A stretch of 28,418 nt of DNA from Macrostomum lignano (GCA_002269645.1 NIVC01005023.1:1-28418), one strand, 5' to 3'. Shown: positions 1 to 11,628, counted from the stretch's first letter. The notes: a model not told the origin generated them from the sequence alone. Numbers and translations: made by a program.

Positions 1-102
1 TGAGAAAGTTGCTCAAAATTCCGGATCTAAAAGAGCTGCTTCAGATTTGCTCCGATTCAGCGTAATCCTTCGCAGCTGCAAACACTACAAGGAAGAAGCA
101 GC

Positions 103-1758
103 ATGTCTGAGAGCAGCAAAGGCGGAGGATCACGATAGACGCGGCCGTGGAACAGATCGGCTTCGGCCGGTTTCAGATCGGCCTGGTGGCCGTCTGCGGC
201 ACCGTCCAGGCCGCGGACGCCATGGAGATGGTCCTGCTGTCGTTTCTCGGTCGCAGCGTGCAGTGCCAGTGGCACCTGTCGTCTCAACAGATCGCCTGGC
301 TGGCAACCTGCGTCTTCATCGGGACAATGATCGGAGCTCCGATTCTGGAGCGATCTCCGATCGGTACGGCCGGTGGAACGCACTGCTGCTGAGCGCATGC
401 CTGATCGCCTTACTACGGAGCTCTGTCAGCCGCGTCGCCCAGTCTGCCTTGGATTCTCACTCTCGAGGCTTCGTCGGGTTCGCCATCGGCGGCCTCATCC
501 CGCTGACGTCGACCCTCACCGGCGAGTTTCTCCCAGTAAAATTCCGAGCATCCTTCCTCATCGTCATGATGTCCTTTCTGGACGCTGGGCGGCCTTTTCG
601 AGGTCCTGATAGCCTGGCTGTCACTGGGCTCCGACGGCACCCTGAAACCCAACGGATGGCGGTTTATGTTGGCCGGCACCTACCTCCGTGCCGCTGTTTC
701 TCATCCTGCCGATGTTCTTCTGGCTGCCTCGGTCGCCCAGATTCCTGCTGGCATCCGCCGACCCGAAGAGGCCCTGACGCAGCTCAATCGAGCAGCCAGG
801 AGCAACAAGAGGCCGGAACTGACGGGACCTCTCAGCAACACCGCGGCCAGGGGTGAGCGGGCCAGCCTGAAGGGCCTGTTCGCCAACCCGACCATGACCA
901 GGTAAGTCGCAGATGCTGTCCTAAAAGCACTGATTGACCATTTTGACCGATGCTCAAAATGACAATTCCAGACTCACCCTACTATCCATTGTGAACTGGA
1001 TTGGAGGGATTCCTCTACTACGGCCTGGTGCTGCTGAGCACAGAGCTGCCCGGCCAGCCACACAGGTGCCTGCAGAACCTGCACCAGATGAGCGCGGCCT
1101 CGTCCGACAAGTCCAGCACCGAGTGCTGCCAGGCTTTGAGCAGCGAAGATTATGCAACTGCCGCTTTCGCTACTCTCGGAGAGTTCTTTGGCTACCTGAT
1201 CATCATTCTGTTCATTGATACCTGCGGCAGGCGGGCCGTGATCGCGTCCAATACGGGGGTGCTCAGCGTCCTGCTCGTCTGCATGCTGTTCTGCATGCCG
1301 CCGAAGCTGCTGGCCGTCTTGCTCTTCTTTGCGCGCAGCTGCGCAGCCTCCGCCTTCACGGCGATCTACATCTTCACGAACGAGGCCTACCCAACCACCA
1401 TCCGCACTCTCGGCATGGGCGTCTGCTGCGCCGCTTCCCGCATCGGCGCCCTGCTGTCACCTTTTGTTGCTCAGGTGATGCTGCCCGACTACTCAGTGAT
1501 GGCCGCAATGCTCACCTACGCCGGATGGCTGTCGTGACCACCGTGTGCGTCCTCCTGATGCCGTTCGACACGAAGGGCCGGTCTCTGATGCAGACGGTTG
1601 AGGAGGTTGCCGAAGCGGCTTCCGCTGGGCAGCCGTCTTCAAAGCCAGCCGGCGAGCCGACTGAGGGTGACGGGCTGCGGATGACTGGCGATCCCAAGAA
1701 GTACAGCAGCGTGACTGGTGGGGACGCTCAGGATCCCAGGGCTGAGGGCCCTGTGTAG
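103..1758 (+). pseudogene. SVOP: SVOP-like MFS transporter, tandem copy 1; frameshifted (pseudogene or sequence errors)
   Basis: ATG 103 (MSESSKGG). SVOP/SV2-family motifs are split across frames: FGRFQ, ADAMEM, SDRYGR, RGFVGFAIGG, PRSPRFL, YTNEAYPTTIRTLGMG, SRIGALL, PFDTKGRSL. Intron 902-971 (GTAAG..TTCCAG, phase 2); stop TAG 1756-1758. About 9 small indels relative to copies 2 and 3; no in-frame nonsense substitution seen. Confidence 0.85.
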
Positions 1759-3209
1759 GACATGCTTGCATGCACTCCTGACTCCTGGGTGCACGCGAAT
1801 CTTTGTGCAAAATACGAAATATCAGATTGGTTAAAGTGATCAGCACATCTTCGTGTTGCTATCTTCAAGGACCACTATTAGTTAGCCGGACACTTTGCTC
1901 TCAGATCGTGACTACGGAGGTTGGAATTCTATTAATTTATGTGAAACGATGAAAAGATTTGTGTCACAGGCTGCAGCAGCGCTAGGATTGCAAAGAATGT
2001 TACATCTGATGACTGTTAATTCATTTCTATAGTTCATGCTCGAATATATTAACCTGGCAATTTCGAAGACACGTTTAAATATTTGCTACTGAGACACAAA
2101 TCTTTTCATCAGGTAGGCTTTTCATGTGTTCCCGGTAGAAGAAACCTGTATTTTGCCATGATTTCAGAATGCAGCGTCTTCTACTAAATACCTTAAGTCC
2201 CTGTGGAATTATTTGCCTTAGTCATAGTCCTGTTTGTTTTGCTTATTGTCTTTATTTATGTTCGATTATGACTTGAGTGTTTATGCTACTCACGCAATGT
2301 CTCAAGGCTTCACACACAGCTAGAATATATAGATAAGTTAAATATTTTTGTTTTACTTTTAAACGCTGTGTTGTTGCCTTCCCTGCACCGAAAATAATTT
2401 TGATAATCACTTGTCACTTCCTCCAGTAATTTGATGTTCAGAGACATAAACATTGGTGTTGTACGTTCTACGAGACATTGTAAAAAATAGTTATAACATT
2501 TTCACAATTCGAAACGTTTGATAATCGGCCCAGGGAACCACCTATCAAAGCTGTCATCATAATTTTGTTGTAAGGCTCATATTTCGTGTTAACTGCTGTG
2601 CCTTCTGTCATCAGATGCTGACTGGGTGCTCCCGAGCTGGAGGTAACCCAGCCAAATATAAGACCGTTCGCAGTGGCTCTCGATCACTCGGTGCAAGTCA
2701 GCCAGTTGCCTTTCAAACCGCATGTTGCACACGCGGAGCTCACTTTTGCTCACTTGAATTTGCACAAGCGATGCTTTAAGTCTATGTATATAAAGCTGAC
2801 ACAGAGAACGCACACAGCTGTCCTGCATCATTTGTCAGCCCCTTTCCGGGCTCGTATTGTTCAAGCAGAGAAAATTGACCCTAGCCCCGTACATTGAGAC
2901 TGAGCACTGGGTGAGCACACTGACTGTTTCTGTCTTTCCATCACTCTTTCACCTTGCTACCCAAGCTTTCTATCCAGCAAACATACGAATAAAAGCCTGC
3001 CTCAATACTTGTCGAGTGGCAAAACACCACCGCACGTTTTACTCGAGTCCGCTCTTGTCACATGGTGACATTTCTCGAGAATTGGATTCCACCGATTCTT
3101 CAACTAATTCGATTGCAACTTCACTTATCGGAGCAAATACCGATTTGAAAACGGACAACAACTTAGGCGCATCAAAAAATTGCTGTTTGGGCAAAGAGCT
3201 GGGCAGACA

Positions 3210-4868
3210 ATGTCTGTAAGCAAATGTGGAGGCGGCCTGACGGTAGACGCTGCCGTGGAGAAGATCGGCTTCGGATGGTTCCAAGTCGGTCTGGTGGCCG
3301 TCTGCGGCACCGTCCAGGCCGCGGACGCCATGGAGATGGTCCTGCTGTCGTTTCTCGGTCGCAGCGTGCAGTGCCAGTGGCACCTGTCGTCTCAACAGAT
3401 CGCCTGGCTGGCAACCTGCGTCTTCATCGGACAATAATCGGCGCTCCGATTCTGGGAGCGATCTCCGATCGGTACGGCCGGTGGAGCGCACTGCTGCTGA
3501 GTGCATGCCTGATCGCCTACTACGGAGCTGTGTCAGCCGCGTCGCCCAGTCTGCCTTGGATTCTCACTCTCCGAGGCTTTGTCGGGTTCGCCATCGGCGG
3601 CCTCATCCCGCTGACGTCGACTCTCACCGGCGAATTCTTGACGGCAAAATTCAGAGCAACATTTATAGTTTTAATGCTAACGTTTTGGACGCTTGGCGGC
3701 CTGCTAGAGGTCTTAATTGCGTGGCTGTTTCTCGGTTCTGATGGAGCGCTGATACACGACGGATGGAGACGGGTGCTGGCTGCTACTTCGATTCCTTTGT
3801 TTCTTTCGTTGCCGATGTTTCTCTGGCTGCCTCGGTCTCCCAGATTCCTGCTGGCATCGGGCCGACCCGAAGAGGCCCTGGCAGAGCTCAATCGAGTAGC
3901 CAGGTGCAACAAGAGTCCAGAACTGACGGGACCTCTCACTGATGTTGCTGCAAAAAAGAGCAGAGCTGATCTGAAAGGGCTGTTTGCGAATCGCACACTA
4001 ACTAGGTAAGCTTCTGCTGATGATATAACTAATGGTGTCTGATGTACAAGGTTTGACTTGATATCCTGAGAGTATTTCGAACTTCGCCAACAGGTTGACC
4101 CTGCTACTGCTTGTGTTTTGGTTTTGTGGAGGTTTCATGTACTACGGAATGGTGCTGCTCACCACCGAGCTTCCAGGCCTGCCGCACAGGTGTTTGCAGG
4201 ACTTAAGTCTCTACAGCAACGCCTCTGCCGGAAATCCACCGTAGGATGCTGCCAGGCACTGCGCAGCGCAGACTACGCAACGGCAGCCTTCGCCACTCTT
4301 GGAGAATTCTTTGGCTACCTCATCATAATCCTCTTCGTAGACGTCTGCGGCCGGCGCGCCGTGATGGCAGCGAACTCCTGCGTCACGTGTGTCCTGTTCG
4401 TCAGCATGCTGTTCTGCATGCCGCAGAAGCTGCTCACTGCGCTGCTGTTCTTCTGTCGTGGCTGCTCTCAGGCGGCGTTTATTACCGTTTTCGTCTACAC
4501 AAACGAGGCCTACCCGACAACCATCCGCACTCTCGGCATGGGCGTCTGCTTTGCGGCTTCTCGCATCGGCGCCCTGCTGACGCCGTTCGTTGCCCAGGTG
4601 CTGCTTCCCGACTACTCAATGATGGCCGGGCTGTTCACCTACGCAGCCGTTGCCCTCTTGGCGGCGGTGGTCGCTGTGCTTTTACCATTTGAAACGAAAG
4701 GCCGCCCGCTGTTCCAGACTGTTGAAGAGATCGAGGGGTCGGCAGTGAAAGCGGAGGCAGAGGTGCAGCGGCTGCAGCGAAGACGATGGTCTAATGATGG
4801 ACGACGTGCGGAAAACCTACAGCAGTTTAGACGGCGCAGACGCGAATCAGTCTGAGCTCCCGAGATAG
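3210..4868 (+). CDS. SVOP: SVOP-like MFS transporter, tandem copy 2 (about 3 frameshifts)
   Basis: ATG 3210 (MSVSKCGGGLTVDAAVEKIGFG); intron 4006-4093 (GTAAG..CAACAG). Indels near 3431, near 4229 and near 4760-4780. The C-terminus homologous to copy 3 (EDDGLMMDDVRKTYSSL) ends at TAG 4866-4868, not at the ORF-track stop 4855. Confidence 0.88.
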
Positions 4869-5048
4869 TTCTCCGTGTCGAGGGCCAATCGGATCGCCCG
4901 TTCGATTTCCCATTTAAAGTCCATGGTTTCCATACTGTTAGTTACTGCAAATCCCCACTTCTCTTACATGTATCAGATATTTATTGCTCACTGCGCTCAT
5001 ACTTTGCTACACAGACATACGCTCGTATTTGGGAACGTCACAATTCAC

Positions 5049-5054
5049 AATAAA
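5049..5054 (+). terminator. Candidate polyadenylation signal of SVOP copy 2
   Basis: AATAAA about 180 nt after the stop, followed by AT-rich sequence. Confidence 0.45.
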
Positions 5055-7341
5055 TGAAACACAATTAACCTCAAAAGAAGCTTTATTTGAAAATATTTTA
5101 ATTAAGAATTTCTAAGACGTCAATGCCGGAGAGTAAACGTCTAGATGCTTCGATATTGAAACTCTAGCTTTCTGTACCTAATATTAAACATACCAATGCC
5201 TTGATATGTTCATTCTCATCCCATTCAAATTCAAAGGCTTTCGTGTGTTTCATGGAGTGCATGGCGATACTATGATCAAGTGAGTTGGGAAGCGTTTGAA
5301 AGTTAAAGCGGGTGGCTGAAGCGTCGATTGCTGGTAAATCTGAACCTTGCTGCGACGTCAGCACGTTGTGACCCGCTCTTTCGAAACTACATCTCACTGT
5401 AAAGGTCAGCACCGACCTCATCTTGACCCCAAGATTGTGTCATCTTGACCACGACTTGAGACCATGGGACCAAATGAGAAATGGGCCAATAAACTGATGG
5501 CAAAAAGGTTTCACAAGTTATCGACGTATTGAGTTATATACCGTCTTTTAGAACTTTTCCAAATATTTGAATCAAAGTGGATACAGGGACCGCTAGAAGA
5601 TTAGGTTAAACAGGACGCGACACTCTTAATATTATGAAATTGTTTCAATGCCCCCATGCTTGCGTGCACGCTCGTATTTAGAGATCTTTGACTTCAAAAA
5701 TCATTCCGTTTTGATTGTTTTAAAGAAACCTGTGCTAGCCTCAAGCTTTGTGCCACAGAAACTCCCAAATAGGTGTAGGAGCGTATGTGTAATTTGCTAA
5801 GGTTTATTTTTGTCATTACATGCAACATTGATACTCGTTTAAAACTTGCTATGCCTGTATGTAGACATACTGCTACAAAACTGTAGTCTAAGAGCGTATA
5901 AGTAATCTAATTAATAACAAAGCTATCATGTTAAAGAGATCAAAATTTCGAACAGCCTGTAGAAAACTTATCATTTTAAGTGCAACTGATCCGCAGTTAG
6001 GATACCGACCTGTGATTCGAATTTCGATATCCAGATCATGCGTCTTTTTTCTGTGTGATGTCAGCCGAAACTAGCAGATCCAATTAGAAGTAAATTAGTG
6101 AACCAACAGCTTACCAAGGACCTCTTGAGTAGTTCCTGCAGCTTTTTTGTTGTTTTTACAGATACAAGCTAATAAACAAATGTGGTGTCCTGGTGTACTC
6201 GCAGATGTACCAATGGTGACGCAAAACAGAGTGATCAATGAATTATGTTGGAACTATTTCCCTTAGGTAGTTCATCACTCCTCTAGTAAAAATCAGGTCG
6301 CAAACTCGTCAGACTGTTAAAATATTCAACGTATTACTTGGTAAAAAGGGAGAAAAATGCTTGGCATTTCTACTGCTCTGAATGTTTTCAGCAGTACAAC
6401 GATACAACGATTATAACAAAACAAAGCTCTCTTTGTGAATTACTAAATGAATTAAAGTGGATCACTTCAGGATTAAGAGAATCCAGTAATGTAATGCTTA
6501 GGTCGGTGTAGGAAGCAGTGCGTGTTTACAGTAAATGTGACAGTGAAACTTACGAGCGTATTGTTGCCAAAAGCATTTGCAAACATTGCTGAAAAACTTC
6601 ATTAAGTGCTTTGCTTACCCAAATTTTACCGCTGTACAAAAAATTGCTTTGCTTCAATTGCCAGATAGATTTTTGTGAGCCTTGTCTCTGTTGCTAGTTC
6701 GGTCGAAATGCCGAGCTCTGCTGTGTATCTACAGAGAGGCTCACAGACTCATTCCTTTTCATTGTCGCTATTCGAATACTAGCGAGTTTTCGGCCCTGTA
6801 CGTTGACTTATTCGACACAATGAGAAGGCGCAGCACTATGTGGTCTTAAGCTCAAAACCCCCGCCTGCATTACTCTATTCTTTCCAAACCTCTCTCCATA
6901 CAGTGCTGCACACATAAATTGCCACAGCGTAAGCCAACAGAGATCTAATTTTACAAAAACACCAGAATCTCTCCTGCACGCTCCCAGCCAAACGTGACGG
7001 AACCTGACGAACGCCTGAAACTGGATTTGTGTAAATGTAAGTGGGAGTCCTGACGGCGCACATTTGAAATTTTATTGATTTGTAGAACTACTAGTTGAAA
7101 TAGGAAAATACAAAATTTACACACGGGATCTCTTAATAAAATGAAGTAATTAAGTACGGTACAACATCATGTAAATGTAGAAGCTCATTGGATTTGAGAG
7201 CTTGTCGTTCTTTATTCTTAACGACGTCTGTTAGATGCAGTCAGTCAGCGTTTTGGCACAATGCCTCCTACGTTGTACAATGCTTAATCATTGGCTAGAG
7301 TTCAATCGGCGGTGTTAATCTTCCAGGTGAGAAGCTTTAGC

Positions 7342-9024
7342 ATGTCTGTCAGCAGCAATGGAAACGGCCTGACAATGGACGCGGCCATAGAGAAGATCGG
7401 ATTTGGCCGGTTTCAGATCGGCCTGGTAGCCGTCTGCGGCACTGTTCAGGCCGCGGACTCCATGGAGATGATCCTGCTGTCCTTTCTCGGTCGGAGCGTG
7501 CAGTGCCAGTGGCACCTGGCGTCTCAACAGATCGCTCTGCTAGCAACCTGCGTCTTCATCGGAACAATTTTCGGTGCGCCAATCCTTGGGGCGATCTCCG
7601 ATCGGTACGGCCGGTGGAACGCACTGCTGCTGAGCGCATGCCTGATCGCCTACTACGGAGCTGTGTCAGCCGCGTCGCCCAACCTCACTTGGCTTTTAAC
7701 GCTTCGGGGCTTCGTCGGGTTCGCCATCGGCGGCCTCATCCCGCTGACGTCGACCCTCACCGGCGAATTCTTGCCAACAAAGTACAGAGCATTGTTTCTC
7801 ATTGTGATGATGACGTTTTGGACGTTTGGCGGCTTGCTTGAGGTCTTCATCGCGTGGCTGCTTCTCGGTTCTGATGGGGTCCTCATACCAGACGGATGGA
7901 GACGGGTGCTGGCTGCTACTTCAATCCCGCTGTTCGCCATACTACCTTTATTCTTCTGGCTGCCTCGATCGCCCAGATTCCTGCTGGCATCCGGTCGACC
8001 AGAAGAGGCCCTGGTCCAGCTGAATCGTGCGGCCAGGTGTAACGGGAGTCCGGAGCTGACGGGACCCCTCGCTTATTCCGCAACGAAGACTGGCAGAGCT
8101 GATTTCAACAGTTTGTTCGCGAATCGCACGCTAATCAGGTTGGTTGGCTTCTTTTCGGGCGCAACTTTGATAAATTTTAATAAGATAACAAGCTTTCAAA
8201 TACGCTCACGAGCAGTGGCGTCTATTATCGACCCATCGACCCGCAGATTGACTTCGCTGCTTCTCTTGTTTTGGTTCTGCGGAGGGTTCCTCTACTATGG
8301 CCTGGTGCTGCTGACCACGGAGCTGCCCGGCCTGCCGCACAGGTGCCTGCAGAGCCCCGGACTGATGAGCAAAGTCACAGCCGGCAAGTCCAGCTCCGAG
8401 TGCTGCCAGGCACTGCGCAGCGCAGACTATGAAACAGCCGCCCTGGCCACGCTGGGGGAGCTCTTCGGCTACCTGATCATCGTCATTTTCATTGACATAA
8501 TCGGCAGACGCGCCGTGATGGCGGTGAACACGGCCTTGCTGAGCATCCTGCTGTTCTGCATGCTGTTCTGCATGCCGCAGCTGGCGCTCACGGCGCTATT
8601 GTTTCTCGCTCGCGGCTGCTCATGCGCCGCATTCACGTCGATCTACATATACACGAACGAGGCCTACCCGACCACCATCCGCACTCTCGGCATGGGCGTC
8701 TGCTGCGCCGCTTCCCGCATCGGCGCCCTGCTCACGCCGTTCGTTGCTCAGGTGATGCTGCCCGACTACTCAGTGAGGGCAGGCCTGCTGGTCTATGCCG
8801 CCGTGTCCATCGTGGCCACCGTAGCGGCCGCCTTCTTCCCGTTTGAAACAAAAGGACGCGCGCTGAGCCAGACTGTTGAGGAGACGGAGGCCGCAGCTGC
8901 CGAGCCGGAGGATTCCAGAGAGCCGGCTGGGGCTGCTGCCGCTACCGAAGATGCCGGCCTCATGATGCGCGAGGTTCCCAAGACCTACAGCAGTTTGGGT
9001 GCCGCAAGTTCGCTTCGAGATTGA
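7342..9024 (+). CDS. SVOP: SVOP-like MFS transporter, tandem copy 3 (intact; about 524 aa after splicing)
   Basis: The Met at 7342 aligns with the starts of copies 1 and 2. All SVOP-family motifs are in one frame. Intron 8139-8246 (GTTGGT..CCGCAG) sits at the same phase-2 position as in the paralogues; stop TGA 9022-9024. Confidence 0.93.
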   Translation: MSVSSNGNGLTMDAAIEKIGFGRFQIGLVAVCGTVQAADSMEMILLSFLGRSVQCQWHLASQQIALLATCVFIGTIFGAPILGAISDRYGRWNALLLSACLIAYYGAVSAASPNLTWLLTLRGFVGFAIGGLIPLTSTLTGEFLPTKYRALFLIVMMTFWTFGGLLEVFIAWLLLGSDGVLIPDGWRRVLAATSIPLFAILPLFFWLPRSPRFLLASGRPEEALVQLNRAARCNGSPELTGPLAYSATKTGRADFNSLFANRTLIRLVGFFSGATLINFNKITSFQIRSRAVASIIDPSTRRLTSLLLLFWFCGGFLYYGLVLLTTELPGLPHRCLQSPGLMSKVTAGKSSSECCQALRSADYETAALATLGELFGYLIIVIFIDIIGRRAVMAVNTALLSILLFCMLFCMPQLALTALLFLARGCSCAAFTSIYIYTNEAYPTTIRTLGMGVCCAASRIGALLTPFVAQVMLPDYSVRAGLLVYAAVSIVATVAAAFFPFETKGRALSQTVEETEAAAAEPEDSREPAGAAAATEDAGLMMREVPKTYSSLGAASSLRD

Positions 9025-9305
9025 AGATTTTGCTTTCAGGCCTTCAAACTCGTGAAAAAAAAATTGTGGGCTTATGAAGTTTCGAGATATTCGGTGCTGT
9101 GGATTCGACAATGTGTAATTTTTAGCAGGTGAAAGGGAGCCTCCAAGAGAATTCAACTGCAGAAAACAACTGCGCTTCTGTTGTATATTTTATAGTTACT
9201 ATGAAGCGTTTGTCAGATATGATCAGGTAACCTGAATTGATCCTGGCGGCCAAAACTAGCGCATAGATGTCTGTATCTCCTTTGTTGAATTCATAACTTA
9301 ACGGC

Positions 9306-9311
9306 AATAAA
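9306..9311 (+). terminator. Candidate polyadenylation signal of SVOP copy 3
   Basis: AATAAA about 280 nt downstream of the stop. Confidence 0.45.
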
Positions 9312-9570
9312 AACTTGTTCAGAAGCTGCTACGCATTGCCACTTCTTTAATGTCGCGATACAGTAATTGTTAAGCGGCTTCAAATTTTTCAAAACAGCTT
9401 TTCCAGAAGCCAATATGCAGAGCAAGAGCAGTCCGCTGGTCAACCAGTCATCAGAGGAGAAGCATAAAAAGCCAAGGCTGAACAGTTCAAGACTGACAGT
9501 AAAAGTTCATATCAATAGTCCATCAGTTCGCATGATGACAATATTAGTAGCAGTAATATTGATAATATTC

Positions 9571-10362
9571 AAACGCCGGATGGGACACGCTGGGGGGAAC
9601 GCCGGAGAGGACACACTGGGGGGGGACGCCGGAGGGAAACTCTTGGGGGACGCCGGAGGGGACACGCTGGGGGGGATGCCGGAGGGGACACGCTGGGGGG
9701 AACGCCGGAGGGGACACGCTGGGGGGAACGCCGGAGGGGACACGCTGGGGGGAAACGCCGGGAGGGGGGAAACGCCGGGAGGGGGAAACGCCGGGAGGGG
9801 GAAACGCCGGGAGGGGGGAAACGCCAGGAGGGGGGAAACGCCGGGAGGGGGAAACGCCAGGAGGGGGAAACGCCGGGAGGGGGAAACGCCGGGAGGGGGA
9901 AACGCCGGGAGGGGGGAAACGCCGGGAGGGGGAAACGCCAGGAGGGGGAAACGCCGGGAGGGGAGAAACGCCGGGAGGGGGAAACGCCGGGAGGGGGAAA
10001 CGCCGGGAGGGGGAAACGCCGGGAGGGGGGAAACGCCGGGAGGGGGGAAACGCCGGGAGGGGGAAACGCCGGGAGGGGGAAACGCCGGGAGAGAAATGCC
10101 GGGAGGGGGAAACGCCGGGAGGGGGGAAACGCCGGGAGGGGGAAACGCCGGGAGAGAAACGCCGGGAGAGAAATGCCGGGAGGGGGAAACGCCGGGAGGG
10201 GGGAAACGCCGGGAGGGGGAAACGCCGGGAGAGAAACGCCGGGAGAGAAATGCCGGGAGGGGGAAACGCCGGGAGGGGGAAACGCCGGGAGGGGGAAACG
10301 CCGGGGGGGGAAACGCCGGGAGGGGGGAAACGCCAGGAGGGGGGAAACGCCGGGAGGGGGAA
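9571..10362. repeat. G-rich minisatellite (about 25-bp GGGGGGAACGCCGGAGGGGACACGCT units, then 17-18-bp GGGGGAAACGCCGGGAG(G) units)
   Basis: Tandem units read directly; they explain the spurious ORFs 9367-10407 and 9544-10383. Confidence 0.97.
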
Positions 10363-11126
10363 GTGCATAAATCGTTTATGCACAGGCAGATTAAGCTCAG
10401 TGGTTAATGAGTCCGACTCTCAAGCCAAAGTACCAAGAAATGAAAAAACACGGGCTGATGTTTTGTTGCGCACTTTCTCAAACAAGAATCAAATCGCCAG
10501 CTCTCTGGACCGTCAAGATATTCAACAATTCCGCCAGAAGGTCGGATTTTTCCCATAAGCGCCAGAGTGCAGCCTTGCCAAGCCTCCAAATTTCATCAGC
10601 AAGCCGACCAAACATTCTCTGATATTTGCCTGGTAATTCCTACCGCAATCAAACTGAATTTTGAAGTTAGCTTTTGCTGCTGATTGATTTCTAATCGCTG
10701 CAAGAAAAAATGCAATAATTTTTCGCCTCTACTGCGGATCAATGCAAGTTTTGCAACAGCAATAAAAAATGAAGTATAATTTGTGAATAAGCAGGAAGTT
10801 TTACAAAATTTTATTATACAGACGGAATATGTGACCGGAGCAATCTTGCTTGGTCCCAGCGGGAAAGTGCATCGCAGTGTTCGTTTGTTCGAATGGCGGT
10901 GGGAGTGATACGATTGGAGACGAGAAATTTAATTTGTTTAAGCAAGCAATCAAATTTTAATTTGATAATGGAATTATTCAATGCGCGAATGTAAATTTAT
11001 TACACGTGCAAATCAGGGATTACCAATCTTGGTTACCTCGGAGTGTTTTTTTAAAACTGCAACTCAGAACCACTTGAATAAAAAATAAACTCTGCTCAAT
11101 GTAAAGCGCGAGCTTCATCAGCCAAT

Positions 11127-11297
11127 CTAAACACCGGTCTTGCTCCTCAGTCTCACTGTGGTGTCGAACCCGGGACCACGGTGGCCGACAGCTTGATCGT
11201 CGCTCGCGCCCTGCCTGACCTTCTGCAGCTGGGCCTCGTACCTCTTCTGCAGAGACTCATTGACGCTTTCCAGCGCCTGCAGCTCCCGTCTGGTTGC
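11127..11297 (-). CDS. SWAP70-like additional terminal exon (option B)
   Basis: CACCCAG acceptor, phase 0; ATRRELQALESVNESLQKRYEAQLQKVRQG...RSKTGV then TAG. Codon usage is coding-like, and minus-strand AATAAA occurs near 10996-11001 and 10809-10814. Confidence 0.6.
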   Translation of the reverse strand, partial: ATRRELQALESVNESLQKRYEAQLQKVRQGASDDQAVGHRGPGFDTTVRLRSKTGV

Positions 11298-11511
11298 CTG
11301 GGTGATATCGTGCGGTCATATTTGGCTTCAGGTGTTAGTTGTCAGCATTTTGTTAGTCTGATGTCAATAATTGATTTTGAAGTGGTTAATTACCATTCTG
11401 GATAAGAGTTCAGTTTCAACAACGAAATAACAGAATTAAATATGCAATTAAAGTTTGCTTTGGAAAATTTTGCGACCAGCGATTACAAAAAAAGCGCAGC
11501 GGGTTAATTAG

Positions 11512-11628
11512 CTAGTCAGTGGCATCGGCTTTTCTGGCCGTCTGGATGTTGAAATCGTTGACGTTTTCGCTGGCCACCTTGTCCTGTCTGCTGAACCCCG
11601 TCTCTCTGAAGATCGCATCGTGCAGCAG
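11512..11628 (-). CDS. SWAP70-like exon 9 (terminal, option A)
   Basis: CTCTCTTCGCAG acceptor; LLHDAIFRETGFSRQDKVASENVNDFNIQTARKADATD then TAG. Confidence 0.65.
   Translation of the reverse strand: MLHDAIFRETGFSRQDKVASENVNDFNIQTARKADATD

Noticed and set aside
4870-7290. AT-rich spacer with small palindromes (e.g. about 6371-6396, about 6766-6786)
   Set aside because: They are short, at chance level, and have no matching termini or target duplications that I can support.
7291-7341. N-terminal extension of ORF 7291-9024
   Set aside because: It starts at TTG, and the paralogues align from the Met at 7342.
57-8981. Antisense and alternative-frame ORFs over the transporter genes (e.g. 57-398, 3039-3506, 3520-3996, 7653-7940)
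   Set aside because: They are shadows of GC3-rich coding sequence, repeated only because the sense genes are paralogous.
9367-10407. 346-aa Gly/Arg-rich ORF and antisense Pro-rich ORF
   Set aside because: These are translations of the G-rich minisatellite; frames switch with homopolymer length.
11157-11170. Perfect B-box-like GGTTCGACACC on the minus strand
   Set aside because: There is no A-box or cloverleaf upstream, and it lies within a coding-like exon; probably chance.
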